Part shown: in pieces, positions 10,130-19,899 of the stretch
Position numbering within the stretch: the first letter of the stretch is position 1
Layout of the letters: every line of letters begins with the position of its first letter
Assembly (NCBI GenBank): GCA_963663165.1
Contig: OY760175.1
Location: 6,400,001 to 6,464,000 of the forward strand
DNA length: 64,000 nucleotides
Direction: 5' to 3'
Source: an uncultured Desulfospira sp.
GTDB lineage: Bacteria > Desulfobacterota > Desulfobacteria > Desulfobacterales > Desulfobacteraceae
Translations under genes and position numbers: made by a program
Notes under the pieces: model-generated
Seen by the model: the letters and a program-made list of their open reading frames with translations, nothing else
Databases searched by the model: none
Told to the model about the DNA's origin: nothing

Positions 10130-11722
10130 TTATCCCTCCTTGTCTGTCTGATCCGATTTTTCACAAATCATGGCCCGGGTGGTCAGCATAATTGATGCGA
10201 CACTGGCTGCATTCTGGAGGGCCAGGCGAACCACTTTTTTCGGGTCCATAACGCCGGCGGCAATCAGGTCTTCATAAACATTGGTTCTGGCGTTGTAACC
10301 AAAGGCGCCCTGACCCGCTTTGACCTTATCGATAACAACGGCGCCCTCAACCCCGGCATTATCGGCAATTTTTCGCAAGGGGGCTTCAATGGCCCTTGCA
10401 ATCACCCGGACCCCCAGTTGCTCCTCTCCTTCAAGGGTAAGCGCCTCAAGGGCGGGAAGGCATCTGACCAGGGCCACGCCGCCGCCGGGGACAATACCTT
10501 CTTCAACTGCCGCCCGGGTGGCATTCAGGGCGTCCTCCACCCGGGCTTTTTTCTCTTTCATTTCAGTTTCGGTGGCCGCTCCGACATTGATGACGGCAAC
10601 ACCGCCAATCAGCTTGCCAAGCCGTTCCTGAAGCTTTTGCCTGTCATAGTCTGAGCTGGTCTCTTCGACCTGGGCGCGGAGCATTTTGACGCGGCCCTTA
10701 AGGGCTGCACCGGACCCTGCCCCGTCAACAATGATGCAGGTGTCTTTATCAATAAGGATGCTTTTTGCCTGCCCCAGATCCTGCAGGGTGATATTTTCAA
10801 GTTTGATTCCCAGATCCTCGGAAATAACCTGCCCGCCGGTTAAAACGGCAATGTCCGCCAGCATCTCTTTTTTCCTGTCGCCAAAGCCGGGCGCCTTGAC
10901 CGCTGCCACATCCAGACTGCCTCGGAGTTTGTTGACCACAAGGGTGGCAAGGGCGTCGCCGGAAACATCTTCGGCAATGATAAATATGGGGCGTCCCGCT
11001 TTTGCCGTCTGTTCAAGCACCGGAAGCAGGTTTTTCATGGCGGAAATGGGTTTTTCACAAATCAGGACATAGGGATTCTCAAGTGATACATTCATCTTTT
11101 CAGTATCGGTTATAAAATAGGGAGAGAGGTATCCGCGGTCAAACTGCATGCCTTCCACAACCTCAAGGGTGGTCTCGGTTGTTTTGGCCTCTTCAACCGT
11201 AATCACCCCTTCTTTTCCGACCCTGTTCATAGCCTGAGCAATAATATTGCCAATGGCCTCATCGCTGTTGGCCGAGATGGTGCCGACCTGGGCGATGTCA
11301 TTGTGATTTCTGGTGGGTGTCGCCATTGTTTCAAGGGTTTCAACGACTCTGACCACTGCTTTGTCTATCCCCCTTTTAATCCACATGGGGTTGTGTCCGG
11401 CAACCACCAGTTTCTGGCCGTTTTCATAGATGGCCCGGGCCAGAACGGTTGCCGTGGTTGTACCGTCCCCGGCCATATCAGCCGTCTTGCTGGCAGCCTC
11501 CTTCACCATCTGGGCCCCCATATTTTCAAACTTGTCCTGAATCTCAATTTCACTTGCAACGGTGACACCGTCCTTGGTGACCATGGGGGATCCCCAGGAT
11601 TTTTCAATGACCACGTTTCTGCCCTTAGGGCCCAGGGTCACCACAACGGCATCTGCAAGTGTTTTCACCCCCCGGAGAATGGCTTCACGGGCTTGTGCAT
11701 CATATCTAATTTCTTTTGACAT
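10130..11722 (-). CDS. groL: Chaperonin GroEL paralog (no adjacent groES, no GGM tail)
   Basis: [54 protein letters not shown]; start at MSKEIRY after GGAG. Confidence 0.97.
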   Translation of the reverse strand: MSKEIRYDAQAREAILRGVKTLADAVVVTLGPKGRNVVIEKSWGSPMVTKDGVTVASEIEIQDKFENMGAQMVKEAASKTADMAGDGTTTATVLARAIYENGQKLVVAGHNPMWIKRGIDKAVVRVVETLETMATPTRNHNDIAQVGTISANSDEAIGNIIAQAMNRVGKEGVITVEEAKTTETTLEVVEGMQFDRGYLSPYFITDTEKMNVSLENPYVLICEKPISAMKNLLPVLEQTAKAGRPIFIIAEDVSGDALATLVVNKLRGSLDVAAVKAPGFGDRKKEMLADIAVLTGGQVISEDLGIKLENITLQDLGQAKSILIDKDTCIIVDGAGSGAALKGRVKMLRAQVEETSSDYDRQKLQERLGKLIGGVAVINVGAATETEMKEKKARVEDALNATRAAVEEGIVPGGGVALVRCLPALEALTLEGEEQLGVRVIARAIEAPLRKIADNAGVEGAVVIDKVKAGQGAFGYNARTNVYEDLIAAGVMDPKKVVRLALQNAASVASIMLTTRAMICEKSDQTDKEG

Positions 11723-12010
11723 CGTAAGTAAGCTCCATTTCTTTGACTGCTTGTTGGATATCCACCTTAATTTTTCGAACCAATTTTTCTGATCCACAGC
11801 ATTTTATTATCCCCCTCAACCTATGTTTTAAATGATCTTTGTTGTTTTGCAGCATGGCCGGGGCGTCCTGGTCCATGCCATGCATCTATCCCATCTGACT
11901 GGGGGCCTGTTCGCCGGTCATGGACCGTAAATATAAGGCCGGACAATTAGGAGGAGATAGGATCGGTCATCCCTGGAAGATCGCTTTGAGCAAAGGTTAA
12001 CTTTGTCACA

Positions 12011-12760
12011 TCATCTGCCCTGGAGCGTGATGCTAAATTTTTGCTCAAAGGCGCACGCGATGATTTGAGCCACCTGATGTTCCTGGGTAATGTGATCCAT
12101 ATGAATGACCAGATCGAATTCATCCGGGGATGTTTTTTCCCTGAGAAAAATATTTTTGAAAAAGTCATGGTGGTCATTATCAATGATCTTTAATTTTGCC
12201 TCTGCGTCACGGTTCCCTATACCCAGTGTATTGGCAAGTTTTTCAATCCGGCGCTTTTTGCTGCACACCAATTGTACCGATAGAATGTTATGACGGGGAA
12301 GAATCAGGTGGGTTCCCCGGCCAACAAATATCGTCGGTTCAGTATAAGATAATGCGGTAACCGTTTTTGCCAGCTGCTTGACATAATCGTTTTTAAAAAA
12401 TCTCTTTTCAATGGAGAGTGAGACAAGCAGTTCATTTATCTTTCCTGGAAACCGCTCATCAAAAAAGGCAATGATATACTCGGTGAGAGAAGAGTCCTTT
12501 GCCATATATTCGATAATCTCTTTATCGATCACACGGTAGCCTGTTAGTTTTGAAAGGGAATCCGCAACCTCCAGTGCACCGGCTCCTATCCCGCGGGATA
12601 AACAGATACACTGCTTTGGGGAAAAATGGCTGGCTGTTTTCAGTTCCGCCTGGGCCCGTTCCCATTGCCTGATTTGCGTACCGGCCCAATCTGAGGCGCT
12701 CATCATTTTTTTACCGTAATACCCGGGAGGGTACACTGTTTCTTTAGCTGTGCTTTTCAT
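12011..12760 (-). CDS. Cytidylate kinase-like family protein
   Basis: ICLSRGIGAGA, IFVGRG, EFDLVI motifs. Confidence 0.8.
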   Translation of the reverse strand: MKSTAKETVYPPGYYGKKMMSASDWAGTQIRQWERAQAELKTASHFSPKQCICLSRGIGAGALEVADSLSKLTGYRVIDKEIIEYMAKDSSLTEYIIAFFDERFPGKINELLVSLSIEKRFFKNDYVKQLAKTVTALSYTEPTIFVGRGTHLILPRHNILSVQLVCSKKRRIEKLANTLGIGNRDAEAKLKIIDNDHHDFFKNIFLREKTSPDEFDLVIHMDHITQEHQVAQIIACAFEQKFSITLQGR

Positions 12761-12802
12761 ATCCGCTTCTCCTTTAAGTGGGATGTCCTGGAACCTAACA
12801 GT

Positions 12803-12817
12803 TCACGTTACGTGCCA
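12803..12817 (-). promoter_or_regulatory. Putative sigma-54 promoter (variant -12 element)
   Basis: Minus strand TGGCAC-GTAAC-GTGA, 43 bp upstream of the 12760 start; tandem palindromic sites lie 99 bp upstream. Confidence 0.6.
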
Positions 12818-12915
12818 GGACAGGATATCTGGGTGTAGACTTTTTAACCTATTGATTCATATGGAAAATTAGATTGAAATATGCTGCGGCACGTCTTTGT
12901 AAGGGGAAGAAAAAA

Positions 12916-12947
12916 GATCATATGGATCCAAACGGTCATATGTGACC
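12916..12947. promoter_or_regulatory. Tandem putative enhancer (UAS) sites for a sigma-54 activator
   Basis: GATCATATGGATCC (12916) and GGTCATATGTGACC (12934), starts 18 bp apart; same motif and spacing as 22127-22158. Confidence 0.65.
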
Positions 12948-12966
12948 CCCCCCCCCCCCCCCCCCC
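12946..12966. repeat. C21 homopolymer
   Basis: 21 consecutive C abutting the distal UAS. Confidence 0.9.
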
Positions 12967-13072
12967 TGCGGTATCTGCCGTCTTCCACACAAAAAGCATG
13001 GCCGGCGGCGGACACCCGGGAAAACCTTAACTGGTGGTGTTATGACAGGGTGTGGATCAACGTATCCTCAGG

Positions 13073-13564
13073 TTAATCGGCTGCCAGATTGATTTTTTTC
13101 ATCCGGATGATATGTTCAATCATCTTTTGTTCAAACTTTCCCTTGGCATCGGAGATGGCTTTTTGAATACCCAGGGCGGTAACGGTATCCGGAGATTTCT
13201 TGACAAGTTCAGCCTTCAGGTAGAGTTCTTTTTCATAAATCGTCTGCCTGAGGGTTTCCGTGGACTTGATAAACACTTCCTGCTCTGTATTCAGCTTTCT
13301 TACAATGACATCACTTAAATCTCTATTATATCCCGGGTATTTATTGGACCCGCCCGACATTGCCGTTTCCCGAAAACCGTATCGCATCATACCCTGTCCA
13401 TATTGAATGATTTCATCGGGATCCTGCCCTTCGTTACTCAGTGAACCATATCCGTCCCGGTGAATGCCTCGGTTTGCATCCTGACCAAAGGCATTAATAG
13501 GCGGCATAAAGATTAAACCGATAAACAGGGCCACAATGACTCTTTTAATACAATGACATTTCAT
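13073..13564 (-). CDS. Secreted helical protein, Spy/CpxP/ZraP-like
   Basis: Hydrophobic signal peptide ending INAFG; Gly/Met/Tyr-rich segment; TETLRQTIYEKELYLKAELVKKSPD helix. Confidence 0.55.
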   Translation of the reverse strand: MKCHCIKRVIVALFIGLIFMPPINAFGQDANRGIHRDGYGSLSNEGQDPDEIIQYGQGMMRYGFRETAMSGGSNKYPGYNRDLSDVIVRKLNTEQEVFIKSTETLRQTIYEKELYLKAELVKKSPDTVTALGIQKAISDAKGKFEQKMIEHIIRMKKINLAAD

Positions 13565-13626
13565 TTTAAATTTCCTTAAATTTGTCCATAAATATGGATG
13601 TGTTGAAAAGACCTGAACCGTTGACA

Positions 13627-13818
13627 TCACTTAATTGCCGATGCAAAAGCCCCCACGGACACGGATATCCCGAACAGACTGCCCAGCCACATAACAAAGG
13701 CAATGACAGCGATAATGGTAAGCACCTGCCGGGCTCTTTTGCCCATGGGAACGTAATTGTTGGCCGCCCAGAACAGAACGCCGATAAGGATTAAAATTGC
13801 TAACTGTGAAAGGTTCAT
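13627..13818 (-). CDS. Small two-TM membrane protein (resembles Thivi_2564 family)
   Basis: LILIGVLFWAANNYVPMGKRARQVLTIIAVIAFVMWL after GGAG RBS. Confidence 0.6.
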   Translation of the reverse strand: MNLSQLAILILIGVLFWAANNYVPMGKRARQVLTIIAVIAFVMWLGSLFGISVSVGAFASAIK

Positions 13819-13853
13819 GGCTGCTTCTCCTGTTTTTTTGGGGGTTGGCCGCA

Positions 13854-14259
13854 TTATTTCTTATTTCCCAGATGAATGATGAGATTGATGTCATGGGTGT
13901 CAGGATCTCTTTTAACCTCAAACCCCATCTTTTTACCCATCATGATCATATTCCGGTTTTCCGCCAGCGCGCTTGAAGGCCGCATCATACACGGCGTCTT
14001 CCCCCGCCATGGCCACGGTGTGAATGGGGGTGGCGATAATGGCAAGGTCCACCCCGGGATCCAGATCGCATACCGATTTCACACACTCATATCCGTAAAG
14101 GGTGCCATACCTGGGATTCACAGGCAGTATCGTGCCGGTGAACCCGCCTTTCCTAAGGTTTTCCATCAGTGCGCACCCGATAGATCCCTTTTTTTCACTG
14201 ACCCCCACCACTGCGATTCGGCAGGGGTTGAACATGCTTTCCAGATGATATTGTCCCAC
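13854..14259 (-). pseudogene. Internally deleted remnant of bifunctional acyl-CoA ligase/GNAT (Pat/YfiQ-type lysine acetyltransferase)
   Basis: N-terminal CoA-binding FNPCRIAVVGVSE...VDLAIIATP, spliced to ligase-domain AGEDAVYDAAFKRAG, then out of frame to GNAT tail LAENRNMIMMGKKMGF. Confidence 0.75.
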
Positions 14260-14280
14260 TTTTTTTACCCTTGGAATCCA

Positions 14281-14679
14281 TTATTGATTGTCATTCATGA
14301 TATCCCGGCCAAATTCCCTGACCGCATGGATCCATCCCTGTTTGAAAAACCGATATTCTTCAACATCCCAATCAGGGACGCAGGTTTTATTTACTGCTGA
14401 CCAGAGTTCTTCAAATCTGTATCTGAAATCATTCTTGAAATAGTCATACTGGTAGTCGTCCTGCCGGTTCAGGGTTTCTTCGGCATCGTCAAAATCCGAT
14501 GCATTGATTGCCACCCTGCAGGCGTCATCATTTGACATATTTTTAATCCAGTTTTCCCCTTCTTCTTTGCCGAATTCGATCCAGTCGTCTTTGCTGTCAT
14601 TGGTCAAGCTGTCATTGGTCAAGCTGTCATTGGTCAGCCGGTGTATTTTTTCTTGGGTTTTTTCATCATGCCCTCCCAT
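14281..14679 (-). CDS. Acidic hypothetical protein with LTNDS x3 repeat
   Basis: Open frame with a 15-bp tandem repeat at 14593-14636; no recognised motif. Confidence 0.55.
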   Translation of the reverse strand: MGGHDEKTQEKIHRLTNDSLTNDSLTNDSKDDWIEFGKEEGENWIKNMSNDDACRVAINASDFDDAEETLNRQDDYQYDYFKNDFRYRFEELWSAVNKTCVPDWDVEEYRFFKQGWIHAVREFGRDIMNDNQ

Positions 14680-14761
14680 GGTTTTTCTGGTCGCTGGTTT
14701 TTCTGGCCGCGTCACACTATTGCTGCCGCGCACCCTTGCCGCCGCTCAACAATGGGTGCGC

Positions 14762-16618
14762 TCACATCATGGCTCTGAGTTCTTCCCCCCGGACGGTTTC
14801 CTGGATGGCGAGAAGTGCGGCCAGCTTATCCAGCAGCGCCCTTTTGTCTGAAAGGATCTTGTGCACCCGCAGATGGGCCTCCTCCATCATCAGTGAGACC
14901 GCTTCATCCATCCTGGCCGCGGTTTCTTCACTGTAATTTTTTTCAGAAGAATAACCCTGGGGCAGAAACACGGGGGTTCGGGGGCGGTCATAGCTGACAA
15001 GGCCGATCTTTTCATTCATGCCGTATTCCGCCACCATGGACCGGATGATGTCCGTTGCCCGCTGGAGGTCATTCTGGGCCCCGGTTGATGTCTCATTAAA
15101 TACCAGCTCCTCTGCCACCCGTCCGCCCAGAAGCACGGCCAGGCGGTCGAGCAGTTCAGACCGTGTCATCAGGTATCTGTCTTCGGTGGGCTGCTGCTGG
15201 GTGTATCCCAGGGCTGCGATCCCCCGGGGAAGGATGGATATTTTATGGACAGGGTCGGCAAGGGCAACGGATTCGGCCACAATGGCATGGCCGGACTCAT
15301 GAAAGGCCACAATCTCTTTTTCACGGGCATTCATCACCCGGTTCTTTTTTTGAAGCCCGCCGATCACCCGGTCGATGGCCTCGTCAAAATCACTGGGTTC
15401 CACCATGTCCTTGTTGCTTCTGGCCGCCAGCAGGGCACTCTCATTGACAATATTGGCAAGATCCGCACCCACAAAACCGGGTGTGCGGCCGGCGATCTTG
15501 GAAAGATCCACATCATCCCCCAGAACCACCTGTCTGGAGTGGATTTTCAGAATGGCTTCCCGGCCGTTGATATCCGGCCGGTCCACCAGGACCTGCCGGT
15601 CCAGGCGTCCGGGGCGCAGGAGTGCCGGATCCAGGATTTCCGGCCGGTTGGTGGCGGCCATGATGATGACCCCCTTATTGGTATCAAAGCCGTCCATCTC
15701 CACCAGAAGCTGGTTCAAGGTCTGCTCCCGTTCGTCATGGCCCCCCATGGCATTCATTCCCCGGGCCTTGCCCAGGGCATCCAGTTCGTCGATAAAAATG
15801 ATGCATGGGGCCTGGGCCGCAGCCTGGGAGAAAAGATCGCGGACCCTGGCCGCGCCAACCCCCACAAACATCTCCACAAATTCGGAGCCGTTGATACTGA
15901 AAAAAGGCACCTTTGCCTCACCGGCCACCGCCCTTGCCAGAAGGGTTTTACCGGTTCCAGGCGGTCCTACCAGAAGGACGCCTTTGGGGATCCGTCCCCC
16001 CAGTTTCTGAAATTTTTCCGGGGTGGTTAAAAAATCCACAACCTCTTCCAGTTCCTCCCGGGCCTCGTCAATGCCGGCCACATCCTCAAAAGAGACCCGG
16101 GTGTCGCTCTCTGCAAAAATCTTGGCCTTATTTTTACCAAAGGACATCACCCCTGAGCCGCCCATATTTTTTGCGGTGAACCGCCAGATCAGAAAGAGAA
16201 AGCCAAGGGGCAGAACCCAGGACAGAAGGATGCCCCAGAATCGGTTCTCAGTCCGGCCGGAATATTGGATCTTGCGCTCATCCATCTCTTTTGCAAGGCC
16301 CGGATCATTCACCCGGACGGTAACGAATTTCTGCCCCGGTGTCCCTTTGAAAATGCCTTCAATCTTCTCAGGACCTATCAGGATGTCATCCACGCTGCCC
16401 TCGGCCATGGACTGCTTGAACCGGCTGTAGGGGATCGTCTCTGCCCCGGGAGCAAAAAAAGACTGCTGCAGATAGAAAAGCCCCCAGAAAATGATGAGAA
16501 CCGTCCAAAAATTTAAAAGAGGAGTCCCGGGTTTCTTATCCGATGCGGCCTGTGTTCCGGCAAAGAGGCGGCGCAGTTTCTCCCGGATGGCGTTAATCGG
16601 ATCTGGTTTGTTTGACAT
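14762..16618 (-). CDS. ftsH: ATP-dependent zinc metalloprotease FtsH (paralog)
   Basis: Two TM segments, [37 protein letters not shown] zinc motif. Confidence 0.97.
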   Translation of the reverse strand: MSNKPDPINAIREKLRRLFAGTQAASDKKPGTPLLNFWTVLIIFWGLFYLQQSFFAPGAETIPYSRFKQSMAEGSVDDILIGPEKIEGIFKGTPGQKFVTVRVNDPGLAKEMDERKIQYSGRTENRFWGILLSWVLPLGFLFLIWRFTAKNMGGSGVMSFGKNKAKIFAESDTRVSFEDVAGIDEAREELEEVVDFLTTPEKFQKLGGRIPKGVLLVGPPGTGKTLLARAVAGEAKVPFFSINGSEFVEMFVGVGAARVRDLFSQAAAQAPCIIFIDELDALGKARGMNAMGGHDEREQTLNQLLVEMDGFDTNKGVIIMAATNRPEILDPALLRPGRLDRQVLVDRPDINGREAILKIHSRQVVLGDDVDLSKIAGRTPGFVGADLANIVNESALLAARSNKDMVEPSDFDEAIDRVIGGLQKKNRVMNAREKEIVAFHESGHAIVAESVALADPVHKISILPRGIAALGYTQQQPTEDRYLMTRSELLDRLAVLLGGRVAEELVFNETSTGAQNDLQRATDIIRSMVAEYGMNEKIGLVSYDRPRTPVFLPQGYSSEKNYSEETAARMDEAVSLMMEEAHLRVHKILSDKRALLDKLAALLAIQETVRGEELRAMM

Positions 16619-16632
16619 GGACAGAATCCTTT

Positions 16633-17661
16633 TCAGTAATCATGCACAACGCAGTTTCTGCCGCTGGATTTGGCCTTGTACAAGCAGTTATCGGCCTTTG
16701 AGATCCAGGAAAAAAACGCCCTATCGGAAGTCTTTTTAACCAGACCCTGCTTCACCCCGATACTGACGGTTACAAAAATACTTTCCGGTCTTGATTTTTC
16801 CACTCCTTTCCGGATTTTTTCAGCCATCTGCGGCACAGCAGCGGGCCGGATGTCGGGAAACAGGATGACAAATTCCTCCCCGCCGTACCGGCACAGCACA
16901 TCTGATTCACGGACAACCCGCTTCAGGGATTTTGCCACGCCCTTCAGCACGGCATCCCCTTTTAGATGCCCATACCGGTCGTTAATTTTTTTAAAGTGAT
17001 CAATATCAATCATGAAGATCGCAATATTCTCCTTTCTTCGCTGGGCCAGGGAAAACAATTCCTGGGCAACAATCAGGAACCCCCGCCGGTTAAACAGACC
17101 GGTCAAGCCGTCGGTCATGGCCATATCCACCAGAACCTTATTTCTCTGCCAAAGGCTTTGCAGGGTTTCTCCCAAGAGTTCGAGCTCGGGTGTTATGTGG
17201 CCGTATTGAATGAACATATCAATGAATCGGCGCATATGGCGGTCATATGTATCTGACGGGTCCATATCTGCCGTAAAGGGTTTTAAGGCGTTAAACAGCA
17301 GTTCAAAGGTCGGATGCAGCATGTGGTATTCCAGCCGATAGGCCAGAATCAGTGCGTTTTCCATTGATTCGTTTTCTTCCCAGCGGTCTGAGAGAACCTC
17401 AATTTTTTCCAGGATGTCGGATAACGCTTTCTGGGTATCCGGCGGCGTATCAAAAACCGAAGGAAAGATGAAATCTTCAGCCTCCTGCTCGACCTTGTTC
17501 CAGAAAACGGCATGGCTTTTTTCTTCATCCGCCATAAGGATCCAGAAGTCTTTGAGCTCCCTGATCTCTTCAGCCCGGGAAAGCTTGGTATATATCTGTA
17601 TGGCCCTTTGATTAATGGCCATACACAGACGAATAATCTTCCAGGTAATGTCATCTTTCAT
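16633..17661 (-). CDS. Diguanylate cyclase with N-terminal ferritin/rubrerythrin-like domain
   Basis: DGLTGLFNRR, DIDHFKKINDRYGH, RESD I-site, GGEEF; N-terminal MADEEKSH. Confidence 0.88.
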   Translation of the reverse strand: MKDDITWKIIRLCMAINQRAIQIYTKLSRAEEIRELKDFWILMADEEKSHAVFWNKVEQEAEDFIFPSVFDTPPDTQKALSDILEKIEVLSDRWEENESMENALILAYRLEYHMLHPTFELLFNALKPFTADMDPSDTYDRHMRRFIDMFIQYGHITPELELLGETLQSLWQRNKVLVDMAMTDGLTGLFNRRGFLIVAQELFSLAQRRKENIAIFMIDIDHFKKINDRYGHLKGDAVLKGVAKSLKRVVRESDVLCRYGGEEFVILFPDIRPAAVPQMAEKIRKGVEKSRPESIFVTVSIGVKQGLVKKTSDRAFFSWISKADNCLYKAKSSGRNCVVHDY

Positions 17662-17706
17662 GCGCTTGCCCCTTTCTTGGGCTTGGGGTGTTTTCAGGCC
17701 TTGAGA

Positions 17707-18744
17707 TTAATCCGGGCTCTGGCGCGGGGAAAGCGATTTCACCCCCAGGGTCTCGATGAGCCGGTTGATATCCGTTGTTTTAAGGTTCATTCCCCCCTCA
17801 GACACCGGAAGCAGAATAATGCGCTTGCCTTCAAGGGCCTGTGCAATTTCCAGTTTCACGATGGTTTCACCGCCGGAACCGGCCAGGGCATTGTTCATCT
17901 CCCGGATGCCCTTGGCTTCGGCAATACCTTCCGCCTCAATGGCCCTGGCCAGAAGCTGCTGCTGCTCCAGGTAGACATCTGCCTCGATTTTATCCTTTTG
18001 ATACTGGCCGTCGGCATTGGCCACCATCTTGTTGACTTCCCCCCGGGCCTCTTCAAGTTTTCGTTTGTACTCTTCAAGGGCGGCGTGCTGGGCGGATTTG
18101 TTCTTTTCCACCTGCTGGTCCGCCACTTTTTTATCTTCAATGGCCTTGGTGTACTCGGCATTGAATCGGTAGTCGTTGGTCAGCACCTTTTCGATGACAA
18201 TGCCCATGGGGCCAAGGATTTTATCCAAGGCGGCCTTGGCCTTTGCAGACTGGGTCTCTCTTGACTCGGCCACATAAAAGGCTTCGGTTTTCAGCTCTCC
18301 GAAGATATCCCTGGGCTTGCTTCTGGCCACGGTCCTGACAATGGTTTCCCTCAGGATGGCATCGTTCGGGGCTACATACTGGAGAATGTAAGGGGCTTTT
18401 GAGGCGTCAATCCTGTAGGCAATGATCACATCCAGGCTGATGTCGTTGCCGTCAGTGGTTTTAAACAGCAGGTCATCCTGGGATCTGCGGTCTCCCCGGG
18501 CTTTTGAAAAGGTCATTTCCAGATTCTGCAGCTTGGTATCAAAGACATGCCAGTCATTGATAAAGGGCATGAAAAAATAGGTTGAGCCCTGGGCATAGAC
18601 ATGGTCTTCCACCCCTTTGGGATCAAAGAGGCCGATTTTCCGGGTCCGGACACCGACTTGGGTTTCCCCTGTGGTATGGGGCATACAACCTGTGGACCAA
18701 ACCACTGCTGTCATCAGGATTACAACTAGGATAAACCGTTTCAT
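17707..18744 (-). CDS. SPFH/band 7 (prohibitin-like) protein
   Basis: N-terminal hydrophobic segment with possible lipobox (STGC); FKTTDGNDISLDV; C-terminal coiled coil. Confidence 0.8.
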   Translation of the reverse strand: MKRFILVVILMTAVVWSTGCMPHTTGETQVGVRTRKIGLFDPKGVEDHVYAQGSTYFFMPFINDWHVFDTKLQNLEMTFSKARGDRRSQDDLLFKTTDGNDISLDVIIAYRIDASKAPYILQYVAPNDAILRETIVRTVARSKPRDIFGELKTEAFYVAESRETQSAKAKAALDKILGPMGIVIEKVLTNDYRFNAEYTKAIEDKKVADQQVEKNKSAQHAALEEYKRKLEEARGEVNKMVANADGQYQKDKIEADVYLEQQQLLARAIEAEGIAEAKGIREMNNALAGSGGETIVKLEIAQALEGKRIILLPVSEGGMNLKTTDINRLIETLGVKSLSPRQSPD

Positions 18745-19853
18745 TTGGCACCTCCCTGGCGGACATCAAACAAGTTCAAAGTATTGTTCAGATCCAGCGG
18801 GTTGACCCCATGGGCACCGTCGCTGGGCAGGATAATCAGGTCAAGGCCCTCATAGGCCCGGGCCATCTTCAGCCCCACCATACGGTCGGACCCGACGCCC
18901 CTTAATGCCTCATTTTTCAGGCGCACCCGCTCGGCTTCAGACAGTTTCACCAGAAGATCGGCCTGGGCTTTTATTTTACGGACATAGAGGTCTTTTTCTG
19001 CGATTTTACGGGTCACATAGGCTTTGCCTTTTTCCATCTCAACCGCAGCGATGACCATGCCCTCCTGGACAATCTTCTTCAACTGGGCCTCTTCCCTGGC
19101 TGCCCGGGCCGCGGCCTGGTTGGTAAAAACCATCTGATCCTGAAGTTTTTTGGCTTCAATGTTTTTCTGGATTTCAGGACTGTATCGAAAATACCGGACC
19201 AGCACCTGATCCACCTCAATGCCCTTGGCGTTGAGTTCCCGGTTGAGATTGGCTTTGGCCTCCTCCGCCTTTTTGACCCGCATGGGGCTGTTGTAAAACT
19301 CTTCGGTGGTCAGTTTGCCCAGGGTCTCTTTCAGGGCCGGCTCGGCCTTGGGGATAATGCCGTTATCTTCGTACAGCTTGCCCGGACCGATGGTGGTAAA
19401 TACCAGGTAGGGGTCCTTGATGTGGTAGAGCATGGACACATCCACATCCACAAAAAAACCATCCGAGGTCTGGATATGGGCGGCCCGGTCTTTTCTGGCA
19501 CCGTTGGCCGCTGTTTCCGGAAAATTGGTCAGCTCCAGCACCTGGATGCCCTTGGGAAGGCGGTACATCTTCTGCAGACCAAAGGGCAGAACAAAGGTGA
19601 GCCCGGCATGGTACACCTGCCTTTGAACGCCGCGGGTCATCCCCACCCGGATCACCTTGATGCCGTATTCATTCGGTTCCACATAAACGAATAAATAGGC
19701 ATAACTAAAGTATAAAATCGCGGCCAGTATCAGCAGGGCTTGAAATCCTCTACCCAGCCTCATGTCCAGTCTCATATCCGGGGAAGAGCCGGATAATCGT
19801 TTCTTGATCCGGTTTAGATAGTCGTTAAATTGATTTGTCGGATGATCGGTCAC
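18741..19853 (-). CDS. SPFH/band 7 protein
   Basis: TM anchor, YVEPNEYGI, IQTSDGFFVDVDVS, coiled coil; overlaps next gene by ATGA. Confidence 0.8.
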   Translation of the reverse strand: MTDHPTNQFNDYLNRIKKRLSGSSPDMRLDMRLGRGFQALLILAAILYFSYAYLFVYVEPNEYGIKVIRVGMTRGVQRQVYHAGLTFVLPFGLQKMYRLPKGIQVLELTNFPETAANGARKDRAAHIQTSDGFFVDVDVSMLYHIKDPYLVFTTIGPGKLYEDNGIIPKAEPALKETLGKLTTEEFYNSPMRVKKAEEAKANLNRELNAKGIEVDQVLVRYFRYSPEIQKNIEAKKLQDQMVFTNQAAARAAREEAQLKKIVQEGMVIAAVEMEKGKAYVTRKIAEKDLYVRKIKAQADLLVKLSEAERVRLKNEALRGVGSDRMVGLKMARAYEGLDLIILPSDGAHGVNPLDLNNTLNLFDVRQGGAK

Positions 19854-19899
19854 AGGTCAGCTCCTTTACGAGATGCCATCCATATGGAGAGCATGCATG

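Noticed and set aside
15018..18264. Long plus-strand ORFs opposite ftsH, GGDEF and SPFH genes
   Set aside because: Antisense shadows of well-supported genes; no motifs
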